A stretch of 64,000 bases of DNA from an uncultured delta proteobacterium (GTDB lineage: Bacteria; Myxococcota_A; UBA9160; UBA4427). The stretch is from positions 256,001 through 320,000 of the forward strand of contig CAWGJT010000006.1 in assembly GCA_963822965.1 (NCBI GenBank). The letters run 5' to 3'. Each line of letters opens with the position of its first letter. The stretch's first letter is position 1. The notes below the pieces were generated by a model. The model was not told the origin of the DNA and did no database searches. It saw nothing but the letters and a program-made list of their open reading frames with translations. A program made the translations under genes and the position numbers. This document shows, one piece after another, positions 47,694 to 64,000 of the stretch.

Positions 47694-47811
47694 CGTTTCA
47701 TTCCAAACCCGCGTCGCGGACGACCCCCGCCCGCGCCACGGAACCACCAGCCCTCAGCCCTGATCAGCCCTGAGCCCAGCAACTCGCCTCCGGCGAGCTG
47801 CGGAAAAAGCC

Positions 47812-48282
47812 TTACCAGCGATAGTGCGAAAACGCCTTGTTGGCGTCCGCCATCCGGTGCGTGTCTTCCCTCTTCTTCACACTCTCGCCGCGCTCGTTCG
47901 CGGCGTCGATCAGCTCGTTCGCGAGCTTCTCGTGCATGCTCTTGCCCGGGCGCTTCCGCGAGTAATCCGCGATCCAGCGCATGGCCAGCGAGGCGGCGCG
48001 TTCGGGCCGGATCTCGACGGGCACCTGGTAGGTGGCGCCGCCCACGCGGCGCGACTTCACCTCCACCCGCGGGCGGACGTTCTCGAGGGCCCGACGGAAC
48101 GTTGCGAGCGGATCGCTCCGCATCTTGCTCTCGATCTCGTCGAACGCGTCGTAGAGGATGTTCTCGGCCGTGCTCTTCTTCCCGTCGCGCATGAGCACGT
48201 TGATGAAACGACCGACCACCCGGTCGCCGTGCTTGGGATCGGGCTCGGGCTGTCGCTTGGGTACGTCTCGCCTTCTCGGCAT
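47812..48282 (-). CDS. rpsG: 30S ribosomal protein S7
   Basis: [30 protein letters not shown]. Confidence 0.97.
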   Translation of the reverse strand: MPRRRDVPKRQPEPDPKHGDRVVGRFINVLMRDGKKSTAENILYDAFDEIESKMRSDPLATFRRALENVRPRVEVKSRRVGGATYQVPVEIRPERAASLAMRWIADYSRKRPGKSMHEKLANELIDAANERGESVKKREDTHRMADANKAFSHYRW

Positions 48283-48307
48283 CGATGGATCTCCGGGTGG
48301 GGAAGCG

Positions 48308-48679
48308 CTACTTGGGGCGCTTCGCGCCGTACTTCGATCGTCCGCGGTGCCGCCCATCGACGCCCGTCGCGTCCAGGGTCCCGCGCACGATGTGATAACG
48401 AACACCGGGGAGGTCCTTGACGCGACCTCCCCGGACGAGAACCACCGAGTGCTCCTGCAGCGTGTGGCCTTCGCCCGGGATGTAGGCGTTGACCTCGCGC
48501 CCGTTCGTGAGGCGCACACGCGCGACCTTGCGGAGCGCGGAGTTCGGCTTCTTCGGCGTCTGCGTGTAGACGCGCAGACACACGCCGCGCTTCTGCGGCG
48601 CCGCCTCGAGATCCGGGGCCTTCGAACCCTTCCTGCGCGGGGAACGCCCCCTGCGGATCAGCTGTTGGACGGTGGGCAT
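48308..48679 (-). CDS. rpsL: 30S ribosomal protein S12
   Basis: [22 protein letters not shown]. Confidence 0.98.
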   Translation of the reverse strand: MPTVQQLIRRGRSPRRKGSKAPDLEAAPQKRGVCLRVYTQTPKKPNSALRKVARVRLTNGREVNAYIPGEGHTLQEHSVVLVRGGRVKDLPGVRYHIVRGTLDATGVDGRHRGRSKYGAKRPK

Positions 48680-49042
48680 GTGCGAGATCTTCTCCTTGAC
48701 CCGGGTCTTTGCTCGGCGCGCTCGGCTCTCATCGCGGGCTGACCCGCCCGGGCTTGCAACGTTGGCTTCCCGGACGCCTGCCGCGGTTCCGCTCTCCGGC
48801 CCTCGACCTGCTTTCCGACTCGGTCCGACTCGGTTCGCGGGCTCGTCCGTGTCGAGCGAAGAGCGAGCGCCGGCCGCCTTCGGGGATCGACAACGGAAAA
48901 GGTCAGGGACAAAGAGCCCCCTCCGAACCCGCCCTCGCTGCGAAGAGACCGGAGACGCCTGCGGAACGGCGCCTCGGGTATTCCTCTCCGCTGATCGGGG
49001 CGGACCGCGAGAAGGGCGGTCCCTGATCCTAAAAACCGCCGT

Positions 49043-49070
49043 ACTTTAGCGGCGTTCCGTCCACTGTCAA
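49043..49070 (-). promoter_or_regulatory. Sigma70-type promoter of the str operon
   Basis: TTGACA-N16-TAAAGT followed by a GC-rich discriminator. Confidence 0.75.
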
Positions 49071-49167
49071 CGGACCGGCTGCACCTGCCGGAGAACACCC
49101 ACGGCGTTCGTCGCGCCGGCGGGCGCAGCCTGGCTCCGCAGGGGTCGGCCCGACCGACCCCATCGAC

Positions 49168-53349
<4,182 letters not shown>

Positions 53350-53414
53350 ATTGGTTCCCCCCTGATGGCAGGGCGCGCGCGGACGCGACGGGCGTCCGCG
53401 GATTGGATCGTTCG

Positions 53415-57600
<4,186 letters not shown>

Positions 57601-57813
57601 GGTGGGTCGTTGACCTCCCGACAGCCGCGAGCGACGCCACCGTCCCCTCCGGGACGCTCGACGTCGTCGCGATGCCTCTACGGGCTCACTTTCTCGTCGT
57701 CCTTCCGGTGAAGCTCGCCTCGCGGGAACCGGGACGCGGGCGAGCCACCCATTCGACCGGGCCGGCCCCCGCGGCGTCGCCGCGGGGAGCCCGCCCGGAA
57801 GGAAGGACGGGTA

Positions 57814-58188
57814 CTACTTCACGTCCACCTGACCGCCGGCAGCCTCGATCTTGCCCTTGATCTCGTCGGCCTCCGCCTTCGGCACGCCTTCCTTGAGGGG
57901 CTTCGGCACGCCCTCCACGAGGTCCTTGGCTTCCTTGAGACCCAGACCGGTGATCCCGCGGACCTCCTTGATGACCTGGATCTTCTTGTCCCCGAAGCCC
58001 ACGAGGATCACGTCGAATTCGGTCTTCTCCTCGGCGACGGCCGCGTCGGCAGGACCGGCAGCCGCGGCGACGGCCACCGGTGCGGCCGCAGAGACGCCCC
58101 ACTTCTCCTCGAGAAGCGTTGCGAGCTCGGCCGCTTCCATGACGGTGAGGCTCGAGAGCTGGTCTGCGATGGCGTTCAGGTCGGACAT
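57814..58188 (-). CDS. rplL: 50S ribosomal protein L7/L12 (start 58188 or 58194)
   Basis: [31 protein letters not shown]. Confidence 0.97.
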   Translation of the reverse strand: MSDLNAIADQLSSLTVMEAAELATLLEEKWGVSAAAPVAVAAAAGPADAAVAEEKTEFDVILVGFGDKKIQVIKEVRGITGLGLKEAKDLVEGVPKPLKEGVPKAEADEIKGKIEAAGGQVDVK

Positions 58189-58317
58189 TGTCATTGCGCC
58201 TTTCTTGTTGAGACATGAGGGGTGGGCGGTCGTTTCGTCGGGAGCCGACCCACGGCTCCCTCCCGCCACACCGGTCTGGAATTCGCTTCCGGCCGGATCG
58301 GGGCACCCTGCCCGGGA

Positions 58318-58857
58318 TCAGCCGGCCTCTCCCATGGCGTTGCGTCGCGCCTCGATGAGACGCGCCAGCTGGCCGCCGGGCTCCTTCATCAGCCGCACGA
58401 GCTTGGTTGCGGGGGCCACCAGCAAACCCACGAGCTTCCCGCGCAGCTCGTCAAGGCTCGGGAGCGTCGCCAGGGTGGCGATCTCCCCGTGGTCCAGGGC
58501 ACGTCCGTCGAGGTACGCGCCCTTCAGCTCGAAGACGTCGAACGCCTTCGCGTAGTCGACGAGCACCTTCGCGAGAGCGGCCGGGTCTCCGTAGGAGATG
58601 GCGATGGCGGTCGGACCGTTGAAGCAGTCCGCGAGCACGTCGAGCGGCGACTCCGAGGTGGCGCGCCGCAGCACGGAGTTCTTCGTCACCTGGTACTCGA
58701 CTGGACCGCCGGCGACGTCCTTGCGCAGCTTGGCGCGCAGGGAGTTCGCCTGCTCGACGGTCAGGCCGCGATAGTCGGCGACGAAGACGCTGGTGGCCCG
58801 GCCGAACTTCTCGCGCAGCTCGGCGACCTGCTCTTCCTTCTGGGTTCTGGTCAGCAT
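58318..58857 (-). CDS. rplJ: 50S ribosomal protein L10
   Basis: DYRGLTV, VTKN, GPTAIA, LATLPS. Confidence 0.95.
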   Translation of the reverse strand: MLTRTQKEEQVAELREKFGRATSVFVADYRGLTVEQANSLRAKLRKDVAGGPVEYQVTKNSVLRRATSESPLDVLADCFNGPTAIAISYGDPAALAKVLVDYAKAFDVFELKGAYLDGRALDHGEIATLATLPSLDELRGKLVGLLVAPATKLVRLMKEPGGQLARLIEARRNAMGEAG

Positions 58858-58888
58858 GCGAGTTTCTCCGGTCTCCCCGATCCCGCGC

Positions 58889-59600
58889 TCACGCCGCCGC
58901 CGAGAGCGCCACGGCCGAAGCGGGATCGATCCGCAGCCCGGGCCCCATGGTGGTCGAGAGCGCCATGCGCTTGAAGTAGGTGCCCTTCGCCGCAGACGGC
59001 TTCTGGCGGTTGATGATCTCCATCAGCGCCGACGATGTTGGCGACCAGCTTCTCCGGCTCGAAGGAGATCTTGCCGACCGCGCAGTGGATGATTCCGTTC
59101 TTGTCGACGCGGTACTCCACCTTGCCGGCCTTCTGCTCGGCGACGGCGCGGCCGACGTCCTGGGTGACGGTCCCGAGCTTCGGGTTGGGCATCAGGCCGC
59201 GCGGGCCGAGCACCTTTCCCAGACGACCCACCACGCCCATCATGTCCGGCGTCGCGATCACCCGGTCGAAATCGAGCCAGCCCTCGTTCTGGATCTTCTT
59301 CGCCAGATCCTCCGCACCCACGAAGTCGGCGCCGGCCTCCCGCGCCTCCCGCTCCTTGTCGCCCTTGGCGAAGACCAGGATGCGGGCGGACTTGCCCGTG
59401 CCGTGGGGTAGCACGATCGCGCCGCGCACCATCTGGTCGGCGTGCTTCGGATCGACACCGAGGTTGATGGCGACGTCGACGCTCTCGTCGAACTTGCCCG
59501 TCGGCAGGGACTTGAGCAGGGCGACGGCCTCGTCGGTCGTGTAGAGCTTCGACCGATCGATCGCCTCGGATGCCTTCTTGTAACGATTGCTTCGACCCAT
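58889..59600 (-). CDS. rplA: 50S ribosomal protein L1; one extra base near 59030
   Basis: [24 protein letters not shown]; shifted frame resumes [22 protein letters not shown]. Confidence 0.95.
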
Positions 59601-59661
59601 GGGTCCATCTCCGCTCGTTGCCACTTCGTGGCTCTCTTGACTCGCGCCTCGATCCCGCCGC

Positions 59662-60087
59662 TCAGCCCTCGACTTCGAGGCCCATCGAGCGCGCGGTGCC
59701 GGCGATGATCTTCTTGGCCGCCTCGACGTCGAAGGCGTTCAGGTCGTCCTTCTTCATCTCGGCGATCTCCGCGAGCTGGGCGGACGTCACCTTGCCGACC
59801 TTCTGCCGGTTCGGCTCGCCCGAGCCCTTCTCGATCTTCGCCGCCTTCTTCAGCAGGACCGCCGCCGGCGGCGACTTCAGCTCGAAGGTGAAGCTGCGAT
59901 CCGCGTAGATCGTGATCACCGCGGGGATCACGAGCCCCTGTCGGTCCTGCGTCCGGGCGTTGAACGCCTTGCAGAACTCCATGATGTTCACGCCGTGCTG
60001 GCCGAGCGCGGGGCCGACCGGGGGCGACGGATTCGCCTGCCCCGCGACGCACTGCAACTTGACCACCGCGATGACCTTCTTTGCCAG
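59662..60087 (-). CDS. rplK: 50S ribosomal protein L11 (start CTG 60087 or GTG 60105)
   Basis: [30 protein letters not shown]. Confidence 0.96.
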   Translation of the reverse strand: MAKKVIAVVKLQCVAGQANPSPPVGPALGQHGVNIMEFCKAFNARTQDRQGLVIPAVITIYADRSFTFELKSPPAAVLLKKAAKIEKGSGEPNRQKVGKVTSAQLAEIAEMKKDDLNAFDVEAAKKIIAGTARSMGLEVEG

Positions 60088-60187
60088 CTGCTCTCTCCCG
60101 CTCACCGCCTCGCGGCGAGCTCGCTCTCGGCGTCCGGGCGGGTCGGCGAGCGCCGACCGCAGCGCCCCACCCCGCCGTGCTTCCGTC

Positions 60188-60772
60188 TCAGGCCTTCTCG
60201 ACGTTCGTGTAGTCCAGGACCACCGGCGTCGCGCGACCGAAGACCTGCACCATCACGCGCAGCTTCTCCTTCTCCGGCATCACCTCGTCGACGAAGCCCG
60301 AGAAGTTTGCGAAGGGGCCCGTGGTCACGCGCACGTTCTCGCCCTCTTCGAAGCTGATCAGCGGCTTCGGCTTGGCCGCCCCCTCCTTGATCCGCTGGGT
60401 CATCCGCGCGACTTCTTCCTCCGGAATCGAGGGCGGCTGGGTCGCGTTGCCGACGAAGCCGGTGATCTTCGGGGTCCCCTTCACGACGTGCCACGTCTCG
60501 TCGTTCAGCTCCATGTGCACCAGGATGTAGCCCGGGAAGAACTTCCTCTTCGAGGTGCGCTTCTTGCCGCCGACCATCTCCACGACGTTCTCTTCCGGGA
60601 TCAGCACCTCGTCGATGGCCGCCTCGAAGCCGAGCGCGGTCGCCCGCTCGAGCAGGCTCTGCTTGGCGCGCGCTTCCTGCCCCGAGTAGGTGTGCACGAT
60701 GTACCACTTCTTGTCGCCCGGGTTCACCTTCGCCTCGGCGGAGGAAGTTCCCGGTGTATTCGGTGCGCTCAT
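60188..60772 (-). CDS. nusG: Transcription elongation factor NusG
   Basis: [26 protein letters not shown] motif, FGRATPV. Confidence 0.97.
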   Translation of the reverse strand: MSAPNTPGTSSAEAKVNPGDKKWYIVHTYSGQEARAKQSLLERATALGFEAAIDEVLIPEENVVEMVGGKKRTSKRKFFPGYILVHMELNDETWHVVKGTPKITGFVGNATQPPSIPEEEVARMTQRIKEGAAKPKPLISFEEGENVRVTTGPFANFSGFVDEVMPEKEKLRVMVQVFGRATPVVLDYTNVEKA

Positions 60773-60839
60773 CGGATCACCCGTCTTCGCGTTTCGTTCG
60801 GGGTCGTGGCGATCTCGACCCCGGTGCAGAATCCCGACC

Positions 60840-61040
60840 TCACTGCAGAAAGGTCCGCATCACCATGCTCAATGCGTAGTCGATCAGGCCGAGCACCGTC
60901 GTCACGACGACGACGACCACGACCACGCTGACGGTGCCGGCAACCGTCTCGTTCTGCGGCGGCCACGTGATCTTCTTCCATTCCGCCTGGACCTCGACGA
61001 GGTACTCGCGCGCATCTCGAATCCATTGCAGCGGGTTCAC
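60840..61040 (-). CDS. secE: Preprotein translocase SecE
   Basis: EWKKITWP plus one TM helix; AGGAG before GTG; between tRNA-Trp and nusG. Confidence 0.92.
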   Translation of the reverse strand: MNPLQWIRDAREYLVEVQAEWKKITWPPQNETVAGTVSVVVVVVVVTTVLGLIDYALSMVMRTFLQ

Positions 61041-61139
61041 GGACGGCTCCTGGTTCCTCTCTCTTCTCTGCTCTGTTCTGCTCTCGCTGTTCCGTCTGTT
61101 CTCGCGCGTCTCTCGTCCGGGCCCCGGCACGTCCGTCGG

Positions 61140-61215
61140 TGGCAGGCGCGGAGGGACTCGAACCCCCAACCCCCGGATTTGGAGTCCGGTGCACTACCAA
61201 TTGTGCTACGCGCCT
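61140..61215 (-). tRNA. tRNA-Trp(CCA)
   Basis: Cloverleaf AGGCGCG...CGCGCCTGCCA, anticodon loop CT-CCA-AA, GTTCGA T-loop. Confidence 0.96.
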
Positions 61216-61258
61216 AGGGCCCCATGGGGAGCGCCTGCGCGGCGTCCCTCCACACCTC

Positions 61259-62449
<1,191 letters not shown>

Positions 62450-62563
62450 GCTGCCTGTGTCCTCTTGCGTCCGTCTCCCGGGCCAGCGAGGCCCGGGACT
62501 TGGAGGTTTGCTTTCGATCCGGGATCGGCTTCGCTCTCCTGCGAGCGCCCCATCCCGGCTGGC

Positions 62564-62639
62564 TGGAGCTCACGAGCGGGCTTGAACCGCTGACCTCGTC
62601 CTTACCAAGGACGTGCTCTACCACCTGAGCTACGTGAGC
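62564..62639 (-). tRNA. tRNA-Thr(GGT)
   Basis: GCTCACG...CGTGAGCTCCA, anticodon GGT. Confidence 0.96.
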
Positions 62640-62714
62640 CGAATCCTCTCGCCTGCCTGCCCGCGTCTCAGGGACTCCGCTGCGACTCCCAGGGAGCCCG
62701 ACGGCGTAGGTGCT

Positions 62715-62791
62715 TGGAGCGGGAAACGGGATTCGAACCCGCGACCCCGAGCTTGGAAGGCTCGTGCTCTAGCCAGCTGAGCTATTCCCGC
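62715..62791 (-). tRNA. tRNA-Gly(TCC)
   Basis: GCGGGAA...TTCCCGCTCCA, anticodon TCC. Confidence 0.96.
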
Positions 62792-62891
62792 GTTCCCTTC
62801 GTGCCGTTCCCTACCGTTCGTTCGCTCCGCCGCTCCGACTGCGGCTTGATCCGTGTCTCGCGCTTCTGCTCCAGCGACGAGCCGGGCGCGC

Positions 62892-62977
62892 TGGTGGAGA
62901 GGGGAGGATTCGAACCTCCGAAGGCAATAGCCAGCAGATTTACAGTCTGCCCCGTTTGACCGCTTCGGTACCTCTCC
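62892..62977 (-). tRNA. tRNA-Tyr(GTA)
   Basis: GGAGAGG...CCTCTCCACCA, long variable arm, anticodon GTA. Confidence 0.96.
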
Positions 62978-63296
62978 GCTCGACCCGCCCTCGCTCCGGC
63001 TTCCACGACGTTTCGAGGCACCGGCCGTGACGCTCGGGTTCGGCGGCCGCCCCGTCCGGCTGCGCAACCTACTCTGCACGGTGTCGATCCTCGTTCGTCC
63101 CCCCACGCCTGCACGCGCGCGCGCGCAAAACGTCCTCCATCGAACGCGCCGAGACAGCCCAAAAAGGGACTGCCATCGGCCGCACCGCAAAGGGTTCGCC
63201 CGAACTCGGAAGCCTTTGAAATTGGCTTGTTTTCCCGCCCGCGAAACTCGCCCCGACCAGCCCGCAAGATCTCCCGTCGCCCTCACGGGGAGCGCG

Positions 63297-63326
63297 ATGT
63301 TACCGTCCCCGTGTCCCCATGGGCAA
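63297..63326 (-). promoter_or_regulatory. Candidate sigma70 promoter for tRNA-Tyr-Gly-Thr-tuf
   Basis: TTGCCC-N18-TAACAT followed by GC-rich CGCGCTCCCC. Confidence 0.4.
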
Positions 63327-63481
63327 CCCCCTCCCGCGGGTTCTTTCGGACCACCGGGCAATCCGGCCCGGGCCCCGGCCGACTGGATGGCCGCGGATGG
63401 CTCAATGCGAGTCTTTTTCACCCCAGACCATTCCTCCGAGACGCGAACGGGCGACTCGATCCGGGCCGAGGCGTGGAGCGG

Positions 63482-63554
63482 AGCTGGCGAGGGGACTCGA
63501 ACCCATAACCCTCGGATTACAAATCCGATGCTCTACCAGTTGAGCTACGCCAGC
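63482..63554 (-). tRNA. tRNA-Thr(TGT), CCA not encoded
   Basis: GCTGGCG...CGCCAGCT, anticodon TGT, followed by CCG. Confidence 0.92.
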
Positions 63555-63609
63555 GAGGGGAGTCCGGGGGACGGCGGGGCAATATAACGGAGCGGGACGC
63601 CCCCGCCAT

Positions 63610-64000
63610 TCAGCCGGACGGGGGCTCGACCGCGCCGGCCCGTCGCAACAGCTCGAAGAGCAGGACGGCGCCGGCCGTCGCCACGTTGAGCGAGCCGACC
63701 CGGCCCGCCATCGGGATCCGGACCCGGTGGTCCATCTGCGCGAGGACCCCTGGCCGCAGGCCCCGACCCTCGGCGCCCAGGGCCACCGCCAGGTCCCCCG
63801 CCAGCAGCCGGGGCGCCATCTCGAAGATCGACTCCGGCGCGCCGGGATCGGCTCCGAGCAGCCAGAACCCCCGGCGCTTCAGCTCGTCCATGGCTCGCGA
63901 CAGGTTGCCCACCCGGACCACCGGGAGCCATTCGAGCGCTCCGGCGCTCGCCCGGGTGGCGGCGGGGCTGAGCGGCGCCGAGCGGCGCTCGGCGGTCACG
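63610..64000 (-). CDS. rlmB: 23S rRNA 2'-O-methyltransferase RlmB (SpoU family), C-terminal part
   Basis: ASAGA, LGAEGRGL, IPMAGRVGSLNVATA SPOUT motifs. Confidence 0.88.
   Translation of the reverse strand, partial: VTAERRSAPLSPAATRASAGALEWLPVVRVGNLSRAMDELKRRGFWLLGADPGAPESIFEMAPRLLAGDLAVALGAEGRGLRPGVLAQMDHRVRIPMAGRVGSLNVATAGAVLLFELLRRAGAVEPPSG

Noticed and set aside
61045..61105. AG-rich low-complexity stretch upstream of secE
   Set aside because: Degenerate AGAACAG/AGAG repeats with no regular period; probably an unstructured leader
62630..63421. 263-aa ORF with a GGAGGA RBS
   Set aside because: Runs through tRNA genes and has no protein-like features

Overview
High-GC (about 70% by eye) bacterial core-genome window, Myxococcota/deltaproteobacteria-like by gene order, with almost all genes on the minus strand. 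In transcription order: rlmB (partial), tRNA-Thr/Tyr/Gly/Thr, tuf, tRNA-Trp, secE-nusG-rplK-rplA-rplJ-rplL-rpoB-rpoC, the str operon (rpsL-rpsG-fusA-tuf), the S10/spc/alpha ribosomal cluster, a TlpA redoxin, ftsB-like gene, argS, SPOR protein, rmlD, lepA-lepB, pyrR-pyrB-pyrC-carA-carB-recG, leuA, and a metabolic tail (nitronate monooxygenase, MltF-like protein, ThDP enzyme, H+-PPase, APC permease, aminotransferase, hom). I found no mobile elements or CRISPR arrays. Five frameshifts (mltF, carB, pyrC, rpoB, rplA) are most likely sequencing errors. Main observations: (1) rplC (L3), rplX (L24) and rpsN (S14) are cleanly absent from their usual slots, and L3 and L24 are the two 50S assembly initiators; (2) a 23-nt hairpin with a GGA loop recurs 2-4 nt after the stop codons of rpsQ, rpsE and rpmJ; (3) a complete leucine attenuator precedes leuA; (4) a variant PyrR-binding hairpin covers the pyrR ribosome-binding site; (5) rpsL has a long, structured leader with alternative pairings; (6) rplK probably starts at CUG.
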